In this document: positions 10,426 through 20,166 of the stretch, piece by piece
Layout of the letters: each line of letters begins with the position of its first letter
Position numbering within the stretch: the first letter of the stretch is position 1
Assembly (NCBI GenBank): GCA_031416315.1
Contig: JANOTL010000188.1
Coordinates: forward strand, 16,107-80,106
Reading direction: 5' to 3'
Length of the DNA stretch: 64,000 nt
Source: Pseudomonadota bacterium
GTDB taxonomy: Bacteria; Bdellovibrionota_B; Oligoflexia; Oligoflexales; CAIYRB01
Translations under genes and position numbers: made by a program
Notes under the pieces: model-generated
The model's input: the letters and a program-made list of their open reading frames with translations, nothing else
What the model was told of the DNA's origin: nothing
The model's database searches: none

Positions 10426-11730
10426 GTGGACTTAGCCGAACAAGGCGCCTCAATACCATTCGCAGGCAACGAGGCCCCGACCAGCGTCGGTGGCGTGGGC
10501 ATGATCCCCGATCTCAGCGGTCCGATCAAGCTTGCCCAGGCCCCGGCCGGCGGCGGCGGGGACTTCTGGGACGTCGGCCAAGCCGCGGCGGCTCAGGGCA
10601 TGAGCCTCCCCGTCGATCACGGCTTCGCGCCCCAGAACCTGAACGAGGTCGTCGCCATCGACCGAGCCGGCGCCGGCGGCGGCAAGGTCTTCGCGTACGG
10701 CCTCGCCACCGTCATGCTCGGGATCCTCGGCTACTTCGCCTTCCAAATGTTCGTCAACGAGAAGGATCCGGTCCAGCATGCCGAGGAGCTCCTCGCCGAG
10801 GCCAAAGTCCTAGTCGGCCTCGAGGAGGCACCTCTCGACGAGCCCGTGGCCCCCCTGAAGCCGCGCAAGAAGCCGAAGAAGGTCGCAGCCGTCATGGTCA
10901 AGACGGGCCGGGAGCCGGTCCCGGGCAACCCCTACTGGACCTTGCCCAACAAGCTCCTCGGCGCCGAGACGGAGCTCAATCGCACGTGGACGACCGAAGA
11001 GGAAGAGACTTGGCGCGCCGGGCTCGCTCACAAGTATTCCTATCAGCGTTGGAAGACGGTGATGGAGGTGCGCGAGCGCAAGCTGCAAGGAAGTGACGCC
11101 GTCCTCTGGGACGCGCTCCAGGACAAGAAGTTTTGGACCCGCATGTACGCCGCCGTGGGCATCGCCGAGTTCAACGTCGAGATCTCGCTCCAGTCGCTCG
11201 AGGGCGCGATGGCCAAAGCCCGCTCCGAGCTCGTCGCGGACTTTTTCGAGCGCTTCGTCCGGAAAGCTGACGCCGGCCAGCTCTTCGTCATGCGCCAGGC
11301 CATCCGCCTTCTCGACGAGAAGGGCCGCATCGTGGTCCTACAGGGCATCGCCAACTCGAAGGATCCCTTGCGCGACCTCTATCTGACGGCTGCGACGCTG
11401 GACCCGGGCAAGCGCGTGAAGCGCTGGATTCGCCAGTACCTCGCCAACCGGCCGATCAATCCGGACCGTTACAACGACCTCCTGCGCGTCGTCTCCGGCG
11501 AGGTGTCGGGCGATTATCTCCTCGACGGCGACGGGACGATCCCCGACGCCAAGGTCGCCAAGGGCAAGGGGGGCCGCAAGGCGCCGCTGAAGCTCGCGAC
11601 CGAGGAGGACCTCGACAAGGAGCTTGCCGCGTTCGAGGAAGGCGGCGGCGACGTCGAGTTTTACGACGAGAACTCCGCTGAAGAAGACGAGGCCGCCGCC
11701 GACGCCAAAAGCTTCGAATACGCCGACTAA
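10426..11730 (+). CDS. Hypothetical single-pass membrane protein with helical (possibly HEAT-like) region and acidic tail
   Basis: SD GGAGG before GTG 10426, one TM segment, host-like codon usage. Confidence 0.75.
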   Translation: MDLAEQGASIPFAGNEAPTSVGGVGMIPDLSGPIKLAQAPAGGGGDFWDVGQAAAAQGMSLPVDHGFAPQNLNEVVAIDRAGAGGGKVFAYGLATVMLGILGYFAFQMFVNEKDPVQHAEELLAEAKVLVGLEEAPLDEPVAPLKPRKKPKKVAAVMVKTGREPVPGNPYWTLPNKLLGAETELNRTWTTEEEETWRAGLAHKYSYQRWKTVMEVRERKLQGSDAVLWDALQDKKFWTRMYAAVGIAEFNVEISLQSLEGAMAKARSELVADFFERFVRKADAGQLFVMRQAIRLLDEKGRIVVLQGIANSKDPLRDLYLTAATLDPGKRVKRWIRQYLANRPINPDRYNDLLRVVSGEVSGDYLLDGDGTIPDAKVAKGKGGRKAPLKLATEEDLDKELAAFEEGGGDVEFYDENSAEEDEAAADAKSFEYAD

Positions 11731-11763
11731 TTTCGCCCTCCTCGCGGTTTCGCCAAACTCCCC

Positions 11764-11790
11764 TCAAGTTTTTCGCAAAAATGCCGATAA
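11764..11790 (+). promoter_or_regulatory. Sigma28 (FliA)-type promoter
   Basis: TCAA-N15-GCCGATAA, matching the TAAA-N15-GCCGATAA consensus. Confidence 0.75.
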
Positions 11791-11948
11791 CTCACTCCAG
11801 TTACGCTGGAGTGACGTCAGGAGCGATGTCACTTACGAACTAGGATGGTTCACCCGCCAAAGCCGGCGCATCTCTATCCCTCGTAAGCACTTCGCTCGAA
11901 ACATCACTCCAAGCACTCAGTTAAGCCACTCACAGGATGGAGAGGCGT

Positions 11949-14060
11949 ATGAGCTTGGAGCTACAGCTACGTCAGTTGGTCGTCGGCGGTTCGGAGGAGC
12001 CCGTCCAGGTCGTGGGTCAGACCACGATGCTGGGATCGCTCACCTCGAACCAAATCACCCTCGCCGGCGCCGGCATCGAGCCGATCCACGGCATGATCGA
12101 GCGCCTCGAGGATGGCGAGCTGCGCATCACCGACCTCGGCACGCTCGCCGGGATCAAGGTGAACGGCACCCGCATCGCGGTCGAGACGGTGCTCGCGGAA
12201 GGCGACGTCATCGAGGTCGGTCCGACTCGGTTCCGCGTCACTGCCCAAGCGCCGCTTGCGCCGTCAAAGACGGTGAAGAGCGACCCGAAGCCGAGAGCGC
12301 GGGGCAAAACGACCGTCGTCTCGCTCGACGACTTCAAGACGCAGGCGCTCTTCAACCCGAAGACGCCGGCCTCCAAAGGCCGGATGCTCGAGGTCGTCGC
12401 CTATTGGGGCGACACGGTGCTCAACGTCGACCAGTTCCATCCCGACGTGAAGGGCCACGAGACCGTCACCATCGGCGACCCGAACAAAGCGCATTTCATC
12501 TCCGGTGGCAGCGAGTGGTTTACCTCGCGCGTCCTGGCCAACGTCGAGAGCGACGGCTGCGTTCTCAAGCTGACGAAGGGCATGAGCGCCCGTGTACGGC
12601 AGCAAGGCGAAGTGAAGAAGATCGTCGGTCTGAAGCAGCTCCACCTCGGCCCCAGCGACTATGCTCACATTCAGCACGGCGCCGTACACTACTTCCTGCA
12701 CTACGCGAATCAGCCGCAGGTAGAGCTCCCGCGTTCTCGCGGCATGGACAACGTCTCACTCGTCATCGCGGCGCTGGCGACGATCTCCTATCTCGTCCTC
12801 GTCATCATGGCACTTACCATAACCCCAAGTCCTGCTCCTCCAGACCGACCGACCGACGCTGACTTCAATCCTGACATCTACAAAAAAGTGCCCAAAAAAC
12901 CGACCAAGCTGCAGACGCAGAAGCCCGTCGTCGAGATCGCGGTCCAGAAGCCCAAGCCGCCGGTCGCGGTGAAGCCGACCGCGCAGCCTAAAGAGCCGCC
13001 AAAGTCCAAGGACGTCGTCAAGCCCCTCACGCCGGTGAAGCCACAGGACGTTCTAAAGCCGGTCACTGCCAAGCCGGTGTCGACGCCGGTCAACATCCAG
13101 CCGACGCCGACCCCGACGCTGCAAGCGACGCCGACGGCCCAAGCGCCGCAGAATGCCTCCGGAAATCCATCTCCGACCCCCGCCGTCAATCCCGGCGGCG
13201 CCAAGTCGCCGAGCCCGAAGATCGCGCCGAACGCGGCCGACTCCTTGGTCGCCAAGGGCGGCCCCGCGGGCGCCAAGGCTCCCGGCAAAGCTGGGAACTC
13301 CGGCGGTCCTGGCTCGCCTTCGGCGAAGGCCGGCGGCGCCCTGAAAGGCGCGACGCCCTTCAACCAACCAGGCCAGGATCAAGGCAAGCTCAACCAAGCC
13401 TCGATGCCAAACCTCTCGAAGCTCGGCGCCGGCCTCGGCAAAGTCATGTCGACCAGCGGCGGCACCCCCGTCCAGTTCAAGGACTCCGCGGGCGGCATGG
13501 GCAAGAAGTTCGGCTCTTCAGGCAAGGACTACAACCTCGGCGGAGCCGGAAACGGCAGCGCTCTGGCGTTGCCCGGCTCGAGCAACCTCGCCTCTGGTTT
13601 CGGCGCCGGTCCCGGTGGCGTCCTCAGCGGCGGCAACGGACCCGGCGGCGGTTTGGCAGGCTTGAAAAAGGGCGGCAACGGCCCCGGCCTCGGCGCCGGC
13701 GGCAGCAAAGGCCACGGCCGCGCCGACGTTCAGCTTCCTCCGCAAGCGCCCGGCATCAGCGACAACGCGATCTCGGCGCAGGAGGTCTTGGCCGTCATTC
13801 GTCAGCACTTGAACGAGATTCGTCACTGTTACGAGCAGCTGCTTCAGCGCGTGCCGAACGCGAGCGGCAAGATGACGACGGAGTTCGCGATCGGCCTCGA
13901 GGGCCGCGTGGTCCGCGTCAGCGTCCCGTCAACGACGATCAACGATGCCGTCTTCCGTAGTTGCATCACGGGTAAGATCCAACGCTGGACCTTTCCGAAA
14001 CCGCGCAACACGACGTCGCCGGTCACGGTCACTTACCCGTTCGTGTTCTCGCCTCTGTGA
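11949..14060 (+). CDS. FHA domain + TM + Pro/Gly-rich linker + TonB_C-like (AgmX/PglI C-terminal) protein, GltG-like
   Basis: FHA (HGMIE...DLGTLAGIKVNG), TM, PK-rich and G-rich linker, C-terminal IRHCYEQLL...CITGKIQRWTFPKP...VTYPFVF. SD GGAGAGG favours ATG 11949 (alternative 11937). Confidence 0.85.
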   Translation: MSLELQLRQLVVGGSEEPVQVVGQTTMLGSLTSNQITLAGAGIEPIHGMIERLEDGELRITDLGTLAGIKVNGTRIAVETVLAEGDVIEVGPTRFRVTAQAPLAPSKTVKSDPKPRARGKTTVVSLDDFKTQALFNPKTPASKGRMLEVVAYWGDTVLNVDQFHPDVKGHETVTIGDPNKAHFISGGSEWFTSRVLANVESDGCVLKLTKGMSARVRQQGEVKKIVGLKQLHLGPSDYAHIQHGAVHYFLHYANQPQVELPRSRGMDNVSLVIAALATISYLVLVIMALTITPSPAPPDRPTDADFNPDIYKKVPKKPTKLQTQKPVVEIAVQKPKPPVAVKPTAQPKEPPKSKDVVKPLTPVKPQDVLKPVTAKPVSTPVNIQPTPTPTLQATPTAQAPQNASGNPSPTPAVNPGGAKSPSPKIAPNAADSLVAKGGPAGAKAPGKAGNSGGPGSPSAKAGGALKGATPFNQPGQDQGKLNQASMPNLSKLGAGLGKVMSTSGGTPVQFKDSAGGMGKKFGSSGKDYNLGGAGNGSALALPGSSNLASGFGAGPGGVLSGGNGPGGGLAGLKKGGNGPGLGAGGSKGHGRADVQLPPQAPGISDNAISAQEVLAVIRQHLNEIRHCYEQLLQRVPNASGKMTTEFAIGLEGRVVRVSVPSTTINDAVFRSCITGKIQRWTFPKPRNTTSPVTVTYPFVFSPL

Positions 14061-14071
14061 AGCAGTCATGC

Positions 14072-15499
14072 TCAGAGCTGGTCCGGCGTAACTAACTTGA
14101 AGACGGGGGCGGTGCAGGCCCCCGTCGCATTTTCAGCCGCAGGACAAGCGACCGCGATCTTGCCGTCCGCAATCAGCTGCATGAGCTCGGCGCGGTCGAT
14201 GTTTCCGTAATGGGACTGAAGCACGGCTAACGCGCCGGCCGTGATCGCGCTCGCGGATGAGGTCCCGCGATGCGACGTTCCGCTGGAAAAGATGACCTCG
14301 GAGGCCGTCGCCAGCTCCGGCTTCCCGCGGCCGCGGCCCGATTCGGGGACGGCGTCGGCGGCGCCGATCGCGAGCACGCCGGCGTTGTCGGCCGGAATGA
14401 GCAAAGAGTCTGTGGTCTGCGCCTCGAGAACACGCGCGCCCAGCCCGTCGACCGTGAGTCGAAAGCGCGAGAGCGCATCGAAGTTTCGCGATTTGGCCCT
14501 GACTCGCATGGTGTAGGTGCCGGCTCGCAGCGTCGCCTTCACAATTTCGCGCGCATGCGCCGAGTACTTTTCGCCGCGGCCGGTCGGAGCCTTCCCGTCT
14601 TGGATCAACTCGCCCACGCCGACTTGTTTGCCGCTTGAGTCCTCGACGTGCAGATCGAGGTCCTGCGGCGTCCTATAGTCTTTGCTGTCGTCGAAGTCGT
14701 TCCACGCCAAGACGACCTTCACTGGCGTCGCATCCTGCGGCACGGTAAAGCGCACGAACGTCTCTTGGTCCATCTGCACGGGCCCGGCCCAGGTCGCGAG
14801 GCCGAGGTTCCCGGCTGCATTGATCCAGGTGATTCCCTGAGCGAGAGCGCGGTTCACCTCGCGATTGATGAAGCCGCCACCGTCGAGGTTGCCGCCGTAT
14901 TCCCAGACTTGCGCATAAAGAACGATGTCGGCCTTCTCCGCGATGACCCGGTCGATCGCGGCCTTGAAGTTGGTGAAGCCGTTCGCGTTGAGAAGGAGCA
15001 TCCGCGGGCCGGGGCGGTCGGCGCGGTAGCTCGGCGAGCCGGTCGCGACCGCATAGGCGATCTCCGCCATCTTCGTGCCGTGCGAGGTCTCCTGCAGCTC
15101 GTTACCGGGCGCCTGAATCAGCATCGTATCGGGCGGCAGGCGCCTGCCGAGGCTCGGGCCGAAGCCGGCAAAGCCGTTGTCCAGCACTGCGATCGTGAGG
15201 TTCTGGCCCCGGGCTTGGCGGGCGTGATAAGGCGCTAGCCCGACGCGGGCGAGGATCGCGGGAAGGTTCGTGAGCGCGCCTTCGCGCTCGGGTAGGTCCG
15301 TTAAGGGGGAAAGCGGCATCGCGCGCTCGCCAGGAGCGACTCCGGCCGAAGGCGGCGTCCCCGACGGCGGGGTGGGGGAGGGCGTCGTCGTCTCCGGCGC
15401 ATCTTCCTCACCATGCTCGCGCGCGCCGCAGCCGTTTAGGGCTAAGGCGAGAGCTAAGCTCGCAATGGGAAAAAGACGCGCGTTCATGCGCGTACTCAT
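14072..15499 (-). CDS. Subtilisin-like (S8) serine peptidase lipoprotein with inserted PPC-like domain
   Basis: Lipobox LNGC. Triad motifs are IAVLDNGF, SHGTKMA and GTSSAS, and the oxyanion motif is NAAGN. Confidence 0.85.
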   Translation of the reverse strand: MSTRMNARLFPIASLALALALNGCGAREHGEEDAPETTTPSPTPPSGTPPSAGVAPGERAMPLSPLTDLPEREGALTNLPAILARVGLAPYHARQARGQNLTIAVLDNGFAGFGPSLGRRLPPDTMLIQAPGNELQETSHGTKMAEIAYAVATGSPSYRADRPGPRMLLLNANGFTNFKAAIDRVIAEKADIVLYAQVWEYGGNLDGGGFINREVNRALAQGITWINAAGNLGLATWAGPVQMDQETFVRFTVPQDATPVKVVLAWNDFDDSKDYRTPQDLDLHVEDSSGKQVGVGELIQDGKAPTGRGEKYSAHAREIVKATLRAGTYTMRVRAKSRNFDALSRFRLTVDGLGARVLEAQTTDSLLIPADNAGVLAIGAADAVPESGRGRGKPELATASEVIFSSGTSHRGTSSASAITAGALAVLQSHYGNIDRAELMQLIADGKIAVACPAAENATGACTAPVFKLVTPDQL

Positions 15500-15550
15500 A
15501 CCACAGTTATTCTATGATTTCATTGAAATGTGACGCGATCCATAGAAATA

Positions 15551-15919
15551 CTATGGTTTTGCCTCTGGACTCGCGGCCTTGGGCACTTCGGCCGTTTTGG
15601 CGGGCTCTGCCTTCGGCCCGTCGGTCTTGGCGGGAGCGTCGACCTTGTCGGCCTTCGCCTCTTTGCCGTCCTTCGCGTCCTTCGCGGCTTCCGCCACGAC
15701 GCCGCCTTCCGGCTTTGCCGCCTCCGGCGCCTTCTTCTTGTCACGGAAGTCCGTGACGTACCAGCCTTCACCCTTCAAGATGAAGCCGGTACGGCTCATG
15801 AGCTTCACCAACGGACCTCCCCCGCACAGCGGACACTTGTCCGGCGCTGGGTCCGACATCTTCATCATAAGCTCAGCATGGCCTTTGCAGGCCTTGCACT
15901 CGTACTCGTAGATCGGCAA
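15551..15919 (-). CDS. FmdB family zinc-ribbon protein
   Basis: MPIYEYECKAC...CPLCGG...FILKGEGWYVTDF with an AKP-rich tail; TTG start. Confidence 0.92.
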   Translation of the reverse strand: MPIYEYECKACKGHAELMMKMSDPAPDKCPLCGGGPLVKLMSRTGFILKGEGWYVTDFRDKKKAPEAAKPEGGVVAEAAKDAKDGKEAKADKVDAPAKTDGPKAEPAKTAEVPKAASPEAKP

Positions 15920-15968
15920 TGGCGCGCCCTTCTGACCCTTTCGGGAGTGAGAGCGAGCTTTTATACCG

Positions 15969-16262
15969 TCACTTGGCGCCGAGGAAAGCCGAATCCACGC
16001 GCTGCTTCAGCTCCATGCCCGTCTTCCAGAACGGCAGGCGCTTCGGCGGGACGGTGATCTTCTCGCCCGTCTTCGGATTGCGGCCTTCGTAAGCCTTGTA
16101 CTCGCGCACCGTGAACGCGCCAAAGCCGCGGATTTCCACGCGGTGGCCACCGCAGAGGGTCTCGGTCACGGCGTCGAAAAAGAGATCGACGATCTCTTCG
16201 GCCTTGGCGAGGGTGATATCCGCGCGCTCGGCGAGGTTCTCAATCAGTTCGGACTTGACCAT
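15969..16262 (-). CDS. ihfB: Integration host factor beta subunit
   Basis: MVKSELIE...RVEIRGFGAF...GRNPKTGE. The real start is ATG 16262 with SD AAGGA; the ORF track start is too far upstream. Confidence 0.9.
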   Translation of the reverse strand: MVKSELIENLAERADITLAKAEEIVDLFFDAVTETLCGGHRVEIRGFGAFTVREYKAYEGRNPKTGEKITVPPKRLPFWKTGMELKQRVDSAFLGAK

Positions 16263-16443
16263 CGCAGCGTCCTTTCGTCGAGGTACCTTCTCAGCATAAC
16301 AAGACCCGAACGATCTTGGCAACTTAATCGCCTCGATTGGGAAAAACGCCCTGCGGGCGCCGAGGGCGCGGGACGACCGGCGTTTCTGCCCTTTTTTTCT
16401 CTTCTTGACAGTCCCGGCCCCCACGGCAAACCATGGCCGGACC

Positions 16444-17433
16444 ATGGAATACATCCCTCTCGAAAAGCCCCTGGCGGACCTCGAGCACAAGATCGACGAG
16501 CTGCGGCGCCTGGCGACGGTCCAAGCGGTGAGCCTAGACGACGAGATCGGCGAGCTCGAAGGCAAAGCTCTCCGTCTGCGCAAGCAAATGTTCGCGCGTC
16601 TCAGTGCTTACGAAACCACACAGCTCGCGCGGCATCCTCGCCGGCCGAGCACGACGGAGCTCATCGCGGCCTTGTGCTCCGACTTCGTCGAGCTGCACGG
16701 CGACCGCAACTTTCTCGACGACAAAGCCATCGTGGGCGGCCCTGCCAAATTCGAGGGACGTAGCGTCGTCGTGATCGGCCATCAGAAGGGCCGCGGCACG
16801 AAAGACAACATTTTTCGCAACTTCGGAATGCCGCGCCCGGAGGGCTACCGCAAAGCTCTGCGCCTCATGAGCATGGCCGAGCGCTTCAAGCTGCCGATTA
16901 TTACCTTCATCGACACGCCCGGCGCCTACCCCGGCATCGGCGCCGAGGAGCGCGGCCAGTCCGAGGCGATCGCCAAGAACATCATGGTGATGTCGCGGCT
17001 GCGGGTTCCGATCGTCACGGTCGTCGTCGGCGAAGGTGGCTCAGGCGGCGCCTTGGCCCTAGGCGTTGCGAACCGCGTGCACATGCTAGCTCATTCAATC
17101 TACTCCGTGATCTCGCCGGAAGGCTGCGCCTCGATCCTCATGAAGGACGCCGCGAACGCGCCGCAGGCGGCGGAGGCGCTGAAGCTCACCGCGCAGAATG
17201 CCCTGCGCCTCGGCGTCATCGACTCGATCATCGACGAGCCGGAGGGAGGCGCCCATCGGAGCATCGATTTGACCGCGAGCGCCATCCGCAACACCGTGAA
17301 ATCCGACCTCGACGAGCTATGCAAGCTCCCCGGCGATGTCCTGGCCGAGCGCCGCATGCAGAAGTTCATGCACATGGGCCATTACGGCGACGGCCGCGAG
17401 GTGTTGGCCTCGTTCCTCGAAGGAAAATCATGA
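16444..17433 (+). CDS. accA: Acetyl-CoA carboxylase carboxyltransferase alpha
   Basis: ARHPRRP, ELHGDR, GHQKGR, DTPGAYPGIGAEERGQ, GEGGSGGAL. Confidence 0.97.
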   Translation: MEYIPLEKPLADLEHKIDELRRLATVQAVSLDDEIGELEGKALRLRKQMFARLSAYETTQLARHPRRPSTTELIAALCSDFVELHGDRNFLDDKAIVGGPAKFEGRSVVVIGHQKGRGTKDNIFRNFGMPRPEGYRKALRLMSMAERFKLPIITFIDTPGAYPGIGAEERGQSEAIAKNIMVMSRLRVPIVTVVVGEGGSGGALALGVANRVHMLAHSIYSVISPEGCASILMKDAANAPQAAEALKLTAQNALRLGVIDSIIDEPEGGAHRSIDLTASAIRNTVKSDLDELCKLPGDVLAERRMQKFMHMGHYGDGREVLASFLEGKS

Positions 17434-18782
17434 CGGCCTCCGGCACGCGGCCGACGCTCACCGTTCATCCCCTCGCTGCCGGTTCCGTTTCTCGCAAGAT
17501 CTCGGGCGCGGTCGTTTGTCCCCCGGACAAGTCGATCACGCACCGCTCCGTCATGTTCGCGGCGATGGCCAAGGGCGCGAGCGTGATCGAGAATCCGCTT
17601 ATGGGCGCCGACTGCCGCGCAACCATGGCGGCTTTCCGTGCGCTCGGCGCGACGATCACGCACGATGCCGCCGCGGGCGTCGTGCGCGTTGAATCGCCGG
17701 GAATGGACGGCTGGAGCTCGCCGCTCCTGCCGCTCGATTTCGCCAACTCGGGGACGACCGCGCGCCTCCTCGCCGGTATTTTCGCGGCGATCCCGGGGCT
17801 CTTCGTCACCTGCTACGGCGACGCCAGCCTGTCGAAGCGGCCGATGGGCCGCGTCGTCGAGCCCTTGCGCGCCATCGGCGCGAAAATTTACGGTCGGCAG
17901 AATGGCCACCTCTTGCCGCTGGCGATCGAAGGCCAGAAGCTCGCGCCCAAGGCTCACGTCGTCGATAAAGCCTCGGCGCAGGTGAAGTCCGCCATCCTCC
18001 TCGCCGGACTCAACGTCTCCGGCGAGACGAAAGTGACGCTCCCCGTCGGTGGTCGCGACCACACCGAGAAGATGCTCGCCGCGCTCGGCGCGCAGATCAC
18101 CACGAAGCGCGTCGGCGGTGGCGAGGAGATCACGGTGACCGGACCTTTCCGGCCGCAGGCCGGGCGTTTCCGCGTTCCGGGCGACCCGTCGTCCGCCGCA
18201 TTCTTCTCGGTCTACGCCGCGCTCGCCGGCGGCAAGCTCGAGATCCAGAACGTCCTTGAAAACCCTACGCGCACGGGCTTCATGACCGTCCTGGAGCGCA
18301 TGGGCGTCCGCCTGACGCGGAGCCAGCCCAAGCGGGAGCATGGCCTCCTCGAGCCCGTCACGACGCTCTCGATCGAAAGCGACGGCAAACCGGTGCGAGG
18401 TGTCGATACTGAGCCCGAGCTCGCGCCGACGATGATCGACGAGATCCCGATCCTGGCCGTGCTCGCCGCCTTCGCCTCGGGCCCGAGCCGGTTTCGCGGA
18501 CTTTCCGAGCTGCGCGTCAAGGAATCCGACCGCCTTGCCAAGACGCTGGAGCTCCTCCTTTTGGCGGGCGCCGACGCCAAAGTCGACGGCGACGACCTCG
18601 TCGTGGCCGGCGGGCTCACTCGCGCGCGCGCTTTCCGCTATGATCCTGATGAGGATCATCGCCTCTGCATGGCCGCCGCGGTGTTGGCAAAGCTCGCCGA
18701 CGGTCCCTGCGAGGTACAAGACCCCGACTGCGTCGCGGTGAGCTTTCCCGGTTTCTTTGACGTTCTGAACAGCTTGGGTTAA
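17430..18782 (+). CDS. aroA: EPSP synthase
   Basis: DKSITHR, NSGTTARL, SAQVKSA, RDHTE, ELRVKESDR, DHR. ATGA overlap with accA. Confidence 0.97.
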   Translation: MTASGTRPTLTVHPLAAGSVSRKISGAVVCPPDKSITHRSVMFAAMAKGASVIENPLMGADCRATMAAFRALGATITHDAAAGVVRVESPGMDGWSSPLLPLDFANSGTTARLLAGIFAAIPGLFVTCYGDASLSKRPMGRVVEPLRAIGAKIYGRQNGHLLPLAIEGQKLAPKAHVVDKASAQVKSAILLAGLNVSGETKVTLPVGGRDHTEKMLAALGAQITTKRVGGGEEITVTGPFRPQAGRFRVPGDPSSAAFFSVYAALAGGKLEIQNVLENPTRTGFMTVLERMGVRLTRSQPKREHGLLEPVTTLSIESDGKPVRGVDTEPELAPTMIDEIPILAVLAAFASGPSRFRGLSELRVKESDRLAKTLELLLLAGADAKVDGDDLVVAGGLTRARAFRYDPDEDHRLCMAAAVLAKLADGPCEVQDPDCVAVSFPGFFDVLNSLG

Positions 18783-18831
18783 GACTTCCTCCTCGAAAAT
18801 ACCCGCTGATCGTACGTGTCGAGGAGCTCCC

Positions 18832-19581
18832 GTGGACATGAGTTCAAGTGTGGACCCGCACCCCGTAACGTCGATTCGAGGCCTTCCGTTGCAGCGAGAG
18901 CGTCCGTACATCGTGGCGATCGACGGTCCGGCCGGCTCGGGCAAGAGCTCGATTTGCTTTCACGTCTGCGAGCGCATCGGCTGGACCTACGTCAACACGG
19001 GCGCGCTTTACCGCGCCGTTGGCTGGGTCGCGACCCGTGACGGCGTCGACCTCGCGGACGAGCATGCCGTCGCCGGCGTCGTGGAGGCTCTGAACGCCGA
19101 TCTCAAATGGGAGCCGGCGCGCCGCACCCTCTTTTACCGCGGTCGCGATTTGACCCAAGACCTCCTCAGCGAGGCGGCGGGAACGGGCGCCAGCAAAGTC
19201 GCGAAGCTGCCATTGGTCCGCGACCGCCTCCTTCCCCTGCAAAAACAGCTGGCGCTCGGCGCGCCCCGCGGAGCCCTGGTCGACGGTCGCGACATCGGCA
19301 CGGTCGTCTTTCCCGACGCCGACCTGAAGATCTTCCTGACGGCGAGCCTCGAAGAGCGCGCGAAGCGGCGCCTGGCGCAGCTCGGCGAGTCGATGGAGAC
19401 CGGACGTCTACAAGACGTCATGCGCGACATCGGCGGGCGCGACGAGCGCGACGCGGCGCGCGAAGTGGCGCCGCTTAAACAGGCCGGAGACGCGGTCTTG
19501 GTCGACACCAGCGCCTTGTCCCTCGATGACACGGTCGCCACGATTGTTCGACTGATCGAGGCGAAAGGCCTCCTGAGGTGA
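18832..19581 (+). CDS. cmk: Cytidylate kinase
   Basis: IAIDGPAGSGKS-type P-loop (VAIDGPAGSGKS), TGALYR, DGRDIGTVVFPDA. Confidence 0.95.
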   Translation: MDMSSSVDPHPVTSIRGLPLQRERPYIVAIDGPAGSGKSSICFHVCERIGWTYVNTGALYRAVGWVATRDGVDLADEHAVAGVVEALNADLKWEPARRTLFYRGRDLTQDLLSEAAGTGASKVAKLPLVRDRLLPLQKQLALGAPRGALVDGRDIGTVVFPDADLKIFLTASLEERAKRRLAQLGESMETGRLQDVMRDIGGRDERDAAREVAPLKQAGDAVLVDTSALSLDDTVATIVRLIEAKGLLR

Positions 19582-19988
19582 GGCTAGGTCCGGAGACCTC
19601 GGGCCTGGTGTTCTTCGACGGCTTGTGCGGGCTCTGCGACCGGACGGTGAGCTTTCTCGTGGCGAAGGACCGGCGCCGTCGCCTCCGCTTCGCGCCCTTG
19701 CAGGGAAAAGCCGCGCTAGAGCTGAGCGCTGCGCAGCGGGAAAACCTGCAGTCGATGGTGTACTGGCGGCGCGACGGCAAGGTGTTCGAGCGCTCGGCCG
19801 CCGTGGCCCGCGCGTTGATGGCGATCGGCGGCGCCTGGGCGGTCGCGGGCGCGGCGATGTGGCTCGTCCCGAGGCCGCTGCGCGATGCGGGCTACCGCGT
19901 CGTCGCGTCGAACCGTTACCAATGGTTCGGCAAGCGCGAGACGTGTCGGTTGCCGTCGGTGGAAGAGCGGGCCGTCTTTCTCGACTGA
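19578..19988 (+). CDS. DCC1-like thiol-disulfide oxidoreductase
   Basis: FDGLCGLC, FAPLQ, YRVVASNRYQWFG. Confidence 0.9.
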   Translation: MRLGPETSGLVFFDGLCGLCDRTVSFLVAKDRRRRLRFAPLQGKAALELSAAQRENLQSMVYWRRDGKVFERSAAVARALMAIGGAWAVAGAAMWLVPRPLRDAGYRVVASNRYQWFGKRETCRLPSVEERAVFLD

Positions 19989-20166
19989 CATGGCCGCGGG
20001 CCGTATCCGTTCGCCTGACCTAGGCGCTTGGGAAGTCCAAGTCCAAGGTAGCATTGGATTTCATCATATAAACGTGCGAGTAAGGGCTAAGCGCCGCCTC
20101 AAGCAGGCACACTCTTTGGCCGACGTGGAACCTGACGGTTTCGGTGCGGCATGCCAGGAGGCCACG

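Noticed and set aside
11624..12862. 412-aa ORF spanning the leader and start of the FHA gene
   Set aside because: It is an Arg-rich alternative frame overlapping two better-supported genes and a promoter.
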